Notes under the pieces: model-generated
Told to the model about the DNA's origin: nothing
Database searches by the model: none
Seen by the model: only the letters and a program-made list of their open reading frames with translations
Made by a program: the position numbers and the translations under genes
Assembly: GCA_050014195.1 (NCBI GenBank)
Contig: JBEKDT010000018.1
Location: forward strand, 31,686 to 95,685
DNA length: 64,000 bases
Reading direction: 5' to 3'
From: Desulfomonilia bacterium
GTDB lineage: Bacteria > Desulfobacterota > Desulfomonilia > UBA1062
Shown: positions 43,666-53,302 of the stretch, piece by piece
How the letters are laid out: each line of letters begins with the position of its first letter
Position numbering within the stretch: the stretch's first letter is position 1

Positions 43666-44808
43666 ATGGTGCACATTATTCCCAAGGATGACCCGAAACA
43701 AACCTTGAGGGTCAAAAGATTCCTCATGGCATTTGACACATACGTCATATGGATGCTTATCGCCCTATACTGTTATTATGACGGGCTGTTCGCGAGATTG
43801 CCATGGTCGATTTACTGGACTCTTACCCTCATCATAACGACGAACCTTATCATTTTCTTCTTAATCCGCTCAGGGTTGAATAGACGATTTAAGGACCCGA
43901 GTCTTACGATGATTCAAATAGTTCTCGCAACAGTATGGATCATGTTCATGGCATATTGCCTGGATGAGGGGCGAGGGATAATGCTCCTCCTCTACTTGGT
44001 GGTCTTCACCTTCGGTACCTTCAAGCTGAGCTTCCGCCAGTTTTTTATACTCTCTGTTCTCGCTCTCTTGGGGTATGGCTTTGTTATTACACTTCTGCTC
44101 ATCAACCACCCCAAGAGTGTTAATCTCAGAGTAGAACTATTTTACTCGGGTACGCTGTTCGCCGTGCTCATATGGTTTTCTTTTATCGGGAGCTATATCA
44201 ATGGGCTCAGAAAGAAACTGAGCAGGGCAAATATTGAACTCAGCAACACCAACGATGCGCTCAATGACGCCAATCAGGTCATTAAGCAGCAAGCGATTCT
44301 CGATGACCTCACAGGGATATATAACAGAGGCCATCTGTTCCATATTCTATCGCGAGAAAAAAGTCTTGCTGATCGTGGAGCATTCATGTTCTGCCTATGC
44401 ATTTTTGATCTTGACGACTTTAAAAAGGTAAATGACACCCATGGCCACCTTGCCGGAGACATGGTGCTGAGGGTTCTTAGCAAGAGGATTAGGGATAGTA
44501 TCCGGAAAGAAGATTACTTTGCCCGTTACGGCGGTGAGGAATTTGTCCTCATCCTTGCCTACCCGAACCTGAAGGATGGGCTAATCTCTGCCAACAGGAT
44601 CCAAAAGCTGGTCTCGGAAACTACCTATCCTGATCTGCCGGAAGATTTTCGTATAACCATCTCCATGGGGATCACCCGATATCAACCTCTGGAGGACATC
44701 GATACGCTCCTGAGAAGAGCTGATGATGCTCTTTATAAGGCAAAGAAATCCGGCAAGAACTGTATCGTATGCGAACCATCCATGGTTCAACTAAGAGCCA
44801 TAGACTAA
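43666..44808 (+). CDS. multi-TM diguanylate cyclase
   Basis: Several TM helices; DDLTG, FKKVNDTHGHLAGD, RKED (RxxD I-site), RYGGEEF. Confidence 0.94.
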   Translation: MVHIIPKDDPKQTLRVKRFLMAFDTYVIWMLIALYCYYDGLFARLPWSIYWTLTLIITTNLIIFFLIRSGLNRRFKDPSLTMIQIVLATVWIMFMAYCLDEGRGIMLLLYLVVFTFGTFKLSFRQFFILSVLALLGYGFVITLLLINHPKSVNLRVELFYSGTLFAVLIWFSFIGSYINGLRKKLSRANIELSNTNDALNDANQVIKQQAILDDLTGIYNRGHLFHILSREKSLADRGAFMFCLCIFDLDDFKKVNDTHGHLAGDMVLRVLSKRIRDSIRKEDYFARYGGEEFVLILAYPNLKDGLISANRIQKLVSETTYPDLPEDFRITISMGITRYQPLEDIDTLLRRADDALYKAKKSGKNCIVCEPSMVQLRAID

Positions 44809-45272
44809 AAATTTTACTCCCAGTCACATCTTAAATTATTCTCACAATATCAAATTACAAACGGCAATTCTCCAGCATGGGAATGCATAGAACATGTGCG
44901 AGTCTGTTGAAAAAGTCCGAATCACCAGCTTTTGGCATATTTAATTGAAAAAGCTGTCTATACGATCAAAATCTGGGCCGAGTAATGCCTTGCATAAGAT
45001 GAATTAATAGTTATTATATCAGAATAACTACTAGAATACTATAAAGTTTAAGGCAGACTGCCTTGCATGTAAAGCCAATTATATATAAGACTTTTGTTTC
45101 ATACTTATGACTGAATCTGGTTCCGGGGTTTTATAAAAGCATGAGCAGTAAGTAGCTAAATATAGTGAGGGAAAGCCGATGAAGGGCCTAAGAAGACTTT
45201 TTCTCTCGCATTTCGGATCATTCATTGTCTTCTTTCCTATTTACACTTTTTACAACAAAAGGTGTTGACCCG

Positions 45273-48200
45273 ATGTTCAAAAAACCACAGGGTAAAGAAT
45301 CCAATAAAATTGAAAAGAAGCAAAAAAAGAAAGCTGGTCTAATTGAGGAAATTGAAAATGATTGTATTGAACAACTTAAAGATTTGACAGCAATTAAAGA
45401 TCTGGCTCAAAAAATTACTTCCACTCTCTCACTTAATCAAGTTATCGCATCTGCCTATGAACATATTCTCTCTACTATAGCCCCAGATTTAGTTGTTATC
45501 TACTTACTTGATGAAGATAAATTGATTACGCAGGGAGAAAAACCTGAGAACCCGATATTCAAACAGGAATCACCTGATATAAAGTGTTTTGGCCAGTGTC
45601 TCTGCGGCTTGGTCGCTAAAGATGGTGAGCCAATATATTCTATCGATATCCATACTGATCACCGGTGCACCCTGAATGAATGTAAAAAGGCAGGGTTAAT
45701 ATCATTTGCAGCATTACCCCTTATCGTGGACAGAGATATTCAAGGTGTATTGGGTATTGGGTCATTTACTAGGCGAGATTTTTCTCACCAGGCATCTTTC
45801 TTGGAAATGCTTTCACTTCACATTGCAATTGCCATTAAGAACGCAATGTTGCATGAAAAACTGGGAGAGTATTCTCAGAAGCTCAATCAGACTTTAATGA
45901 ATCTCGTACAATCAGAAGAAGATAAAAAACGTGCTCAGAAAGAATGGGGTGATATCTTTCAAGCAATCCGTAATCCAATCCTTATTCTAGATGTGAACCA
46001 CAACATACTCATGGCAAACCCAGCGGCAGAAAAACTCACAGGCATGCTGAAGGATGAGCTCTACGGGAAGAAATGTCATGAAATAGTCCATGGGATTGAT
46101 ATCCCGGCCGAATGCTGCCCTATAGAAAAAATGCTCCAATCAGGTCAGTTGGAAACCTTTGAGATGCAAATGGAAACCATTGGAGGTGTATTTCTGGTCT
46201 CCTGTACCCCTGTTGTAGATGAGAAGGGGCAGATCGAAAAAGTCATCCATATCAGCACCGATATCACCAAACGAAAGCAGATGGAAAAAGCGCTTTACGA
46301 GAGTGAGCGCAAATACCGTGAGCTCGTTGAAAAAGCAAACAGCATCATCCTGCGCTGGAACCGCCTGGGAGAAATCACGTTCATGAATGAGTTCGGCCAG
46401 AGATTCTTCGGCTATACCGAAGCAGAGATCCTGGGACGACATGTAGTGGGCACTATAGTTCCTGAAACGGAGAGCACTGGGAGAGATTTGCGACCACTTA
46501 TGGAGGAAATCTGTCTACATCCATTGAAGTTTGAGAGAAACATCAATGAAAACATGCGCCGGAACGGTGACCGGGTTTGGATCGATTGGACTAACAAGAT
46601 AGTTCTTAATGATCAGGGCGAGCTGATCGAAATATTGAGCATTGGATCGGACATTACAGAGCGCAAGGAATTGGAGAATTCGCTACAGGTATCTGAAACC
46701 AGGTTCAGGAGACTCCTTGACAGCATCATGGATGCCTTTGTCGTTGTAGATATGAATGGTTCCATTAAGGAGTTCAATCATGTCTACCGGGACATGCTCG
46801 GCTATGAGCAAGATGAATTGTACAGCCTTACGTATAAAGATATCACTCCTGAAAAATGGCATAAATTCGAAGAAGAAATTGTTGAAAAACAAGTACTCCC
46901 GATGGGATATTCAGAGATCTATCAAAAGGAATACCGGAGAAAAGACGGCACAATCTTTCCTGTCGAGTTAAGAACATATCTCATTAAAGATGAAGCCGGG
47001 AAACCCATCGGCATGTGGGGAATCATACACGATATCACAAGACGAAAGCGGGCAGAGGATGAACTACGGGAGAGTGAGAGACGGTATCGTCAATTAATAG
47101 AACAGGCTGCAGACGGCATCTTTGTCGTGGATCCCAACGGCAATTATCTACTGGTCAATTCAACGTTCTATAAAATGCTTAGGTATACGGGGGATGAGCT
47201 GCTCAAGCTGAATGTCCTTGACACCTATCCTGACGAATTAAGAGATGTCGGTCAACAGCGTTTTGACCGTGTTACATCAGGGGAGAATCTCAGGTTCGAA
47301 CGGCCCATGAAGCGTAAGGATGGTACGATATTTCAAGTGGAAATAAGCGTGTCAAAACTTGATGACGGGAGGCACCAAGGGATCGTTCGTGACATTACAG
47401 ATCGAAAAAAAGCCGAGGATGAAAAGAAGAAGTTAGAGAATGAGCTCATCCAAGCCCAGAAAATGGAATCCATAGGGACGCTGGCTGGCGGCATCGCACA
47501 CGACTTCAACAACATCCTGTCTGCAATCATCGGATACGCCCAGCTTGCCATGTACGATGTCTCAGAACCGGAGCAGGCGAGGAAAGAGCTCAATGAGGTG
47601 CTCAAGGCGGGTGACCGGGCCAAGGACCTTGTGAGTCAGATTCTCACCTTCAGCCGCAAGGCCGATGCCAGATATTCTCCAATTTCACTGACCAAAACTG
47701 TTATGGATTCGATCAAGATGATGCGGTCCGTTCTCCCCACAACGATTGATATCCGTCATGACCTTATCGATTCAGGACTGGTCATGGCTGATCCTACACA
47801 GATCCATCAAGTCATGCTGAATCTCTGCGCCAATGCAGCCCACGCAATGGACAAGACCGGCGGCGTGATGGAGGTGAGACTGAGGAGAGTTGATATCGAT
47901 GAAGGCCCCCAGTCCCTTGAACCGAATCTGCCTCCTGGTCCCTATCTGTGGCTCTCCATAAGCGATACCGGCCATGGCATGACCCCTGAGGTCATGGCTC
48001 GGATATTTGATCCATATTTTACCACCAAGGAAATCGGACGGGGAACGGGCCTGGGGCTGGCGGTCGTTCACGGGATCGTGCAGAGCCATGGTGGCACCAT
48101 CACCTGTGCAAGTTCACCCGGCAAGGGGACAACCTTCGATATATACCTGCCTGAAATAATGTCAGAAGAAGCTGTAGTGAGGCAACATGAGGAAAGGCCT

Positions 48201-48581
48201 CTCCCGATCGGAACTGAGCGTATCCTCTTCATTGATGATGAACCTATTTTAGTGGAGCTGGCTGAAGAGATGTTGAGCAAACTGGGATATACCGTGGTTA
48301 CAAAATCAAGCAGTACAGAAGCCCTCGAACTTTTCCAGAAAGACCCTGACAACTATGATCTGGTGATTACCGACATGACAATGCCGGGCATGACAGGGGA
48401 CAGACTCGCCCAGAAAATTCTGGAGATCCGTCATGATATCCCGATCATCCTGTGCTCCGGTTATAGTGAGCATATTTCGGAGGAGAAGGCAAAAAAGATC
48501 GGCATTCGGAAATTTGTCATGAAGCCCTTAGAAGTGAAAGAGTTGGCGAAAACCATCCGAAAGGTACTTGATGGAGGGTAA
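45273..48581 (+). CDS. hybrid sensor kinase (GAF, 4 PAS, HisKA, HATPase, REC)
   Basis: GAF-like N-terminus, four PAS/PAC repeats ending in DIT, AHDFNN, PYFTTK, GTGLGL, C-terminal REC; start uncertain (track 45225). Confidence 0.93.
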   Translation: MFKKPQGKESNKIEKKQKKKAGLIEEIENDCIEQLKDLTAIKDLAQKITSTLSLNQVIASAYEHILSTIAPDLVVIYLLDEDKLITQGEKPENPIFKQESPDIKCFGQCLCGLVAKDGEPIYSIDIHTDHRCTLNECKKAGLISFAALPLIVDRDIQGVLGIGSFTRRDFSHQASFLEMLSLHIAIAIKNAMLHEKLGEYSQKLNQTLMNLVQSEEDKKRAQKEWGDIFQAIRNPILILDVNHNILMANPAAEKLTGMLKDELYGKKCHEIVHGIDIPAECCPIEKMLQSGQLETFEMQMETIGGVFLVSCTPVVDEKGQIEKVIHISTDITKRKQMEKALYESERKYRELVEKANSIILRWNRLGEITFMNEFGQRFFGYTEAEILGRHVVGTIVPETESTGRDLRPLMEEICLHPLKFERNINENMRRNGDRVWIDWTNKIVLNDQGELIEILSIGSDITERKELENSLQVSETRFRRLLDSIMDAFVVVDMNGSIKEFNHVYRDMLGYEQDELYSLTYKDITPEKWHKFEEEIVEKQVLPMGYSEIYQKEYRRKDGTIFPVELRTYLIKDEAGKPIGMWGIIHDITRRKRAEDELRESERRYRQLIEQAADGIFVVDPNGNYLLVNSTFYKMLRYTGDELLKLNVLDTYPDELRDVGQQRFDRVTSGENLRFERPMKRKDGTIFQVEISVSKLDDGRHQGIVRDITDRKKAEDEKKKLENELIQAQKMESIGTLAGGIAHDFNNILSAIIGYAQLAMYDVSEPEQARKELNEVLKAGDRAKDLVSQILTFSRKADARYSPISLTKTVMDSIKMMRSVLPTTIDIRHDLIDSGLVMADPTQIHQVMLNLCANAAHAMDKTGGVMEVRLRRVDIDEGPQSLEPNLPPGPYLWLSISDTGHGMTPEVMARIFDPYFTTKEIGRGTGLGLAVVHGIVQSHGGTITCASSPGKGTTFDIYLPEIMSEEAVVRQHEERPLPIGTERILFIDDEPILVELAEEMLSKLGYTVVTKSSSTEALELFQKDPDNYDLVITDMTMPGMTGDRLAQKILEIRHDIPIILCSGYSEHISEEKAKKIGIRKFVMKPLEVKELAKTIRKVLDGG

Positions 48582-48905
48582 TAAAATCTCCTGCATTATG
48601 ATCTTGGGCAACAGTCCCTCCCCTAGCCATCACTTCAGACCTGATTATGTATTGCCATGAGTTTAATGCTGTACGCTCACGTACGTGTGTACGAATACAT
48701 CCGAACAACTCCATACGGCTTGTCATGCCGGATCTTAAGTTTAATAGTATCATCCATTCACCTTAGATTTATCACCTTGACACAACCGCAGAAAGAAAGG
48801 ATGAATGATGCGTTACCGCGTCATGACTGGATATGACGGCGGATAAATCGAATGTGGAATGTACCATGCACCGGCAAGAGAAAAATTTCCCACAAGGAGT
48901 GATCA

Positions 48906-49736
48906 ATGGCAATACTGGAAAAGACCCAGAGCATGGCATTGTTCTGTGACTTTGAGAATATCGCCCTCGGCGTTCGAGACGCCAAATATGCCCAGTTCGA
49001 CGTGAAGAAGATCCTTGAGCGATTGCTGCTCAAGGGGAACATCATTGTGAAAAAGGCCTACAGCGACTGGGAGCGATATAAAGACTATAAGCCGGTCATG
49101 CATGAGGCATCCTTCGAACTCATCGAGATCCCGCACCTCAGGCAGTCCGGCAAGAACTCGGCCGACATCCGCATGGTCGTGGACGCGCTGGACCTCTGCT
49201 ACACCAAGTCGCATGTGGACACCTTCGTGATCATCAGCGGCGACTCGGATTTCTCGCCGCTGGTAAGCAAGCTGAGGGAGAACAACAAGCTCGTCATCGG
49301 TGTGGGGGTGAAGAACTCATCGTCAGAGCTTCTCATAGCAAACTGCGACGAGTTCATCTTCTACGACGACCTGGTGCGTGAAAGCGAGGCCAAGAGACGC
49401 AAAATCAGAAGGCCCGTAGTGAAAGCCACACATGAGGCACCGGTCAAGCCGGAGCAGAAGGAGAATGCCGAGGAAGACAAGAAGCAGAAGGCGTTGGACC
49501 TGGTGGTAGAGACCGTGGAGGCGTTGTTCGATGAACGGGGCGAGGAAGACAAGCTCTGGGGCTCCATGATAAAACAGGCCCTCAGACGGCGCAAACCCGG
49601 ATTCAACGAGAGCTACTACGGGTTCAGGTCCTTCAGCCGGCTCCTGGAAGAGGCGCGGGACAGGCACCTGCTGGAGCTGGAGCTCGACGAGAAGTCGGGC
49701 AGCTACATCATCAAGACCGTCCTCCACGAAGAGTAA
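48906..49736 (+). CDS. NYN domain protein with C-terminal OST-HTH/LOTUS domain
   Basis: FCDFEN, GKNSADI, SGDSDFSPL; FNESYYGFRSFSRLL. Confidence 0.9.
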   Translation: MAILEKTQSMALFCDFENIALGVRDAKYAQFDVKKILERLLLKGNIIVKKAYSDWERYKDYKPVMHEASFELIEIPHLRQSGKNSADIRMVVDALDLCYTKSHVDTFVIISGDSDFSPLVSKLRENNKLVIGVGVKNSSSELLIANCDEFIFYDDLVRESEAKRRKIRRPVVKATHEAPVKPEQKENAEEDKKQKALDLVVETVEALFDERGEEDKLWGSMIKQALRRRKPGFNESYYGFRSFSRLLEEARDRHLLELELDEKSGSYIIKTVLHEE

Positions 49737-49745
49737 ATCAGAACC

Positions 49746-49770
49746 TGTAGGAGCGGCTTTAGCCGCGACA
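49746..49770 (+). repeat. single REP unit identical to the left arm at 36496
   Basis: TGTAGGAGCGGCTTTAGCCGCGAC. Confidence 0.85.
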
Positions 49771-49844
49771 GGAATAAGGGGTGCACGCAACTTCTTCGCC
49801 CCGTTCATCCGACCCTCCATGCTGTTGCGACCATTATTAATATA

Positions 49845-49985
49845 TGGAACCACCGGTGTGAGCAGTGCTTCGCCTGCCTGCAGTGGTGCCCGCAGGAGGC
49901 GATCCAATACGGCAAGAAGACACCCCGGTATGAGCGGTACCATCATCCGGAGATTGTCTTGAAGGACGTCCTGAAATCACGGTGA
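49845..49985 (+). pseudogene. C-terminal remnant of a 4Fe-4S ferredoxin-domain (EFR1-like) gene
   Basis: WNHRCEQCFACLQWCPQEAIQYGKKTPRYERYHHPEIVLKDVLKSR*; CxxCxxCxxxCP motif; no ATG back to the in-frame TAA at 49734. Confidence 0.8.
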
Positions 49986-50035
49986 CTATCGGGCTGGTAT
50001 AGCCTGATAGATGGTTCGCATCCTAAATTCTTTTC

Positions 50036-50157
50036 TCACCACGAAGAGCACGAAGAAGATCTAAAAAATGCAGAACAAACACTCTTGGATCCTATGAACC
50101 GGTCCGCTATTTCAAAAGGTTTCCTTTTTTCGTGTTCTAAAGTGCTCTTCGTGGTAA
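50036..50157. repeat. MITE-like element with 9-mer inverted arms, copy 2
   Basis: CACCACGAAGAGCACGAAG...AAATGCAGAACA...TGAACCGGTCCGCTATTTCAAAAGGTTTCC...GTGCTCTTCGTGGT. Confidence 0.8.
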
Positions 50158-50516
50158 AGGATCCCTCTTCTCGTACTTCCAATGTTACACTCTTGCCCTG
50201 TTCCTTCAACAAGTAGCGTCCCCCACACTCGGAACCCCAGGCCTATGGCCTTTTCTCACACCTCTAGATTTTAAGATCCATTCATGATATAATTTTCATA
50301 GTTCATGATAGTAATCTTATAATCCTACACCACGAAATCACTTATCACGGCAATGAGTATGCGGAGGGTGGAACGTACCTTCTTCTTTTTGAAGTGTTGA
50401 CATGGGATATTCCATCATGAGGATAGGTATGAAAGGTGATAACAGGTCAAGGCAACTTTGCCTGAAAATGTGTCCACTATCATATTATCAAGGCAAATCT
50501 ACCTGTTAATCAATGG

Positions 50517-50643
50517 TTGGCGCGGCGCTTCTCGCCGCTTTGGTAGTTGCAGTGAAGAACGCGGGGGGGGGGTAGTTCAATGGTCGGAAATAATCCAACA
50601 CAGCGCCGCGCCCAAGGGGGTTCCGCCCAACTCGCCGTTAGCC
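50517..50643 (+). mobile_element. 5'-degenerate long attC site (attC-0)
   Basis: 11-bp perfect inverted repeat GGCGCGGCGCT/AGCGCCGCGCC, then R' core GTTAGCC (50637), complementary to the R'' of the next attC. Confidence 0.6.
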
Positions 50644-50685
50644 GCACAAAGGATAGACAATAATGCCAATGCAAAAGGGTAACAA

Positions 50686-51708
50686 ATGACCATCAATGAA
50701 AAACTACTGCCAACTTGGGAATATTATGAATACTATTATGATTGCAGCCAGGAATCGATCAGAGAATTCTTAATGCATAAACATAAGTTTCTAGAAAGGC
50801 AGTCCATGGCGATTACTTTCATAGAGACAATAATGAAAAATCATAACAAACAAGAGTTATTAACTCATGTTTCAGAACTGGCACGCATTGAACATGGCAT
50901 CCGGGGATTAGAACCCTGGGTTAGAGATCATGTTGTCCATGCTATGCTTAGTTATTTGCTCGGAATATATCTGAATGAGAAGTTTATAAAGAATGTAATC
51001 GGCAGCAGTGTTGATACATTTCAGTGGAAATTAGCCGGACTATTTCATGATGTTGGTTACCCCACAGAAATAGCCACGGACTTACTAAAATCATATGCTG
51101 ACAAAATAAATGAAATAAGAAATAAGATAGGAGTGTCCGCACATGATATACATTTTAGTATAGTTCTCCAAGGGATAGCAAAATTACAGAATAACGCAGA
51201 TAGTTTTGCTTTAATTCAAAATTATCTCGACAAATGGGGCCTTAAAATTAATAGTAGAAATATCTATGATAGTTATATTGAGACCGGTAAGATTTGTCAT
51301 GGTATGATAAGCGCTCTTTGCGTTTTATATATTATTGATCTGTTATATCAAAAAAATAATCCACACAGAGAAAACCTTCTATACTCTGGTTGGTCACAAG
51401 AATATTTTGATAATGATGTGGTGCCTGCATGTGCTGCCATATTTATTCATAACCTGCCTGCGCAATATTTTAGAGAAGCAAAAATATCCCTTGAAAGGAC
51501 TCCTATAGCTTATTTGCTAAAACTTTCCGATTGTTTGCAGGACTGGGAACGACCATCAAAGAATAATAGAAAAGGGTTTTCAGCAAGTTTATATGATATA
51601 GAAATAAACAACAATAAATTACTATTTTCTGTACCTCCAAAAAGAAAGAATAAAATTACTAATGAAGTTGAGGGTTGTATATCATCAGAACATATAATAA
51701 TCAAATAG
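50686..51708 (+). CDS. HD-superfamily phosphohydrolase, integron cassette gene
   Basis: RDHVVH, FHDVGYP, HGMIS, IHN, SDCLQDWER; AT-rich; bounded by attC cores. Confidence 0.8.
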   Translation: MTINEKLLPTWEYYEYYYDCSQESIREFLMHKHKFLERQSMAITFIETIMKNHNKQELLTHVSELARIEHGIRGLEPWVRDHVVHAMLSYLLGIYLNEKFIKNVIGSSVDTFQWKLAGLFHDVGYPTEIATDLLKSYADKINEIRNKIGVSAHDIHFSIVLQGIAKLQNNADSFALIQNYLDKWGLKINSRNIYDSYIETGKICHGMISALCVLYIIDLLYQKNNPHRENLLYSGWSQEYFDNDVVPACAAIFIHNLPAQYFREAKISLERTPIAYLLKLSDCLQDWERPSKNNRKGFSASLYDIEINNNKLLFSVPPKRKNKITNEVEGCISSEHIIIK

Positions 51709-51715
51709 ACGACTC

Positions 51716-51779
51716 GGCTAACCTTGCTGCTGCAGGGGGACGGTGTAAAAGCGCGCCGCCCCTGAGCAGCCCGTTGGGT
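51716..51779 (+). mobile_element. integron attC site 1
   Basis: GGCTAAC..GCTGCT[G]CAGGGG..CCCCTGAGCAGC..GTTGGGT; 64 bp with extrahelical G; directly after the stop codon. Confidence 0.88.
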
Positions 51780-51814
51780 GGCTCATTTCCAATGAGTTTC
51801 AGAGAACAATAACC

Positions 51815-52708
51815 GTGGCTCCTACCAATAAAGCTTGCTGGAAATGTAGGAAGATAGTTGAGGCCGAATGGCTATGTTGTCCTTATTGTGCAACTCGCCT
51901 GCGCGATACCCGTGAGCCATCTTTGCCACAAATAGAAAGAGATATCCATTTTCTGAAAGATTTGTACTCTTTTGGTTGGTATAACCGTGACCTAACGGCA
52001 ATTGTTCTTTACGAAAGCGTTGCCACCGTTGAGCATTACTATAACCCCGGAAGGTTAGATAACCACAAGCCATTAGTTGAAACAAGTCGTGCTCAGAAAA
52101 TCCTCCGCTTAAAGATATTTGCTGAGTACATCGCACTTCTTGAAGCATTTGGTTATCTTTGTATCGCTATAAGAGAACGCCGAAAGAAAAGTATCCCCTG
52201 GACATATATAAATACTGACCCGCAGGAAGTCGTACAATTTTATAATCAGATATTATCTAACCCTAATCCACCCTCCTTACACCGCCTTCTCAAATTGCCG
52301 TCACTCTCACAAGTTCAGAAAGCAGCCGTATCCCATCTTGATGCAATCTTTCCCGAACTCGAAAAAATAGGTGATGCTAATGGCATCTATGCACCGTTTA
52401 TTCAAAACATCCGCATTTGCGCGGAACTATATCGCGATAAGTCCGATTTAAATGTGCGCATCTACAATAAGATAAAGCATGTATTTTCGATTGTGGAAGG
52501 ACAGAACTGGATAACTTGGGAAAACCCGCCAGATGTAGCTCATGCTACAATTCTCGTAGAATTAAATGATACTGCGCAGACAATTTCTTTTGATATGGCA
52601 CAAGAAAAAGCCGATGATGAAATGGCAAACATCCGGCGGGTAACAGAAATGGGCGCTGAACTTTTGGCGATATGTATTGGCCTCAACGAATTAGGTATTT
52701 TGTTTTGA
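51815..52708 (+). CDS. Zn-ribbon plus HEPN-like protein, integron cassette gene
   Basis: CWKC..CPYC at the N-terminus; helical body with RIYNKIKH; GTG start. Confidence 0.7.
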   Translation: MAPTNKACWKCRKIVEAEWLCCPYCATRLRDTREPSLPQIERDIHFLKDLYSFGWYNRDLTAIVLYESVATVEHYYNPGRLDNHKPLVETSRAQKILRLKIFAEYIALLEAFGYLCIAIRERRKKSIPWTYINTDPQEVVQFYNQILSNPNPPSLHRLLKLPSLSQVQKAAVSHLDAIFPELEKIGDANGIYAPFIQNIRICAELYRDKSDLNVRIYNKIKHVFSIVEGQNWITWENPPDVAHATILVELNDTAQTISFDMAQEKADDEMANIRRVTEMGAELLAICIGLNELGILF

Positions 52709-52719
52709 CCAAAGCCGCC

Positions 52720-52777
52720 ACCCAACACCGCGTGCAGCGGATTGGCCTCCGGCCAGCCGCTGACGCATCCGTTATCT
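52720..52777 (+). mobile_element. integron attC site 2
   Basis: ACCCAAC..GCGT[G]CAGCGG[A]TTGGCC-TCC-GGCCAGCCGCTGACGC..GTTATCT; 58 bp with two extrahelical bases. Confidence 0.9.
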
Positions 52778-52800
52778 TCCTCGTCTTTCTCCTCATCCTA

Positions 52801-52834
52801 TTGAAATACACATAATTTGTGATATAATGTGTAT
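52801..52834 (+). promoter_or_regulatory. vapBC promoter with inverted-repeat operator
   Basis: TTGAAA-16 bp-TATAAT overlapped by ATACACAT/ATGTGTAT. Confidence 0.7.
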
Positions 52835-52860
52835 ACGAGTAAAAACAACGGGAGTTGATT

Positions 52861-53064
52861 ATGAAACGTACCAATATCGTGCTTGATGATAAACTAGTAG
52901 CTGATTGTATGAAAGCCACAGGTATTAAAACACAGAAGGCATTAATAGATCATGCTTTGAATGAGTTACTTCGTCGGGAAAATCAGACAAAAATAATTGA
53001 ACTTAAGGGCAAGGTTCATTGGGAGGGCAATCTGGACGAGTGGCGTCAGGGGCGTAGTTTATAA
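52861..53064 (+). CDS. vapB: VapB-family antitoxin
   Basis: MKRTNIVLDDKLV..TGIKT..ALNEL..LKGKVHWEGNLDEWR; GGGAG RBS. Confidence 0.9.
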   Translation: MKRTNIVLDDKLVADCMKATGIKTQKALIDHALNELLRRENQTKIIELKGKVHWEGNLDEWRQGRSL

Positions 53065-53291
53065 TGGTGCTGGTTGATACAACCTTTTTAAGATCTGCTG
53101 AAATCTATCGTTCTCTCCGACAGAAAGGTATTACCATAAGAAAACCTGTGGATTGCATGATTGCCTCTGTTGCAATTGAAAATGAAATCCCTCTCCTTGA
53201 TAATGACAAGGATTTTGATCTTATTGAAAACCATTTCGGCATGAGAAGAATTTCAAAAGTTAAACATCCAACCGGCCCTGGCATCCGGTGA
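53064..53291 (+). pseudogene. vapC: VapC PIN toxin with large in-frame internal deletion
   Basis: MVLVDT joined directly to the C-terminal half (RQKGITIRKPVDCMIASVA..LLDNDKDF); 75 aa versus ~130 aa typical. Confidence 0.8.
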
Positions 53292-53302
53292 CACCATCTT
53301 TT

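Noticed and set aside
50160-50516. Possible integron integrase or attI upstream of the cassettes
   Set aside because: No ORF or tyrosine-recombinase motif recognisable on either strand.
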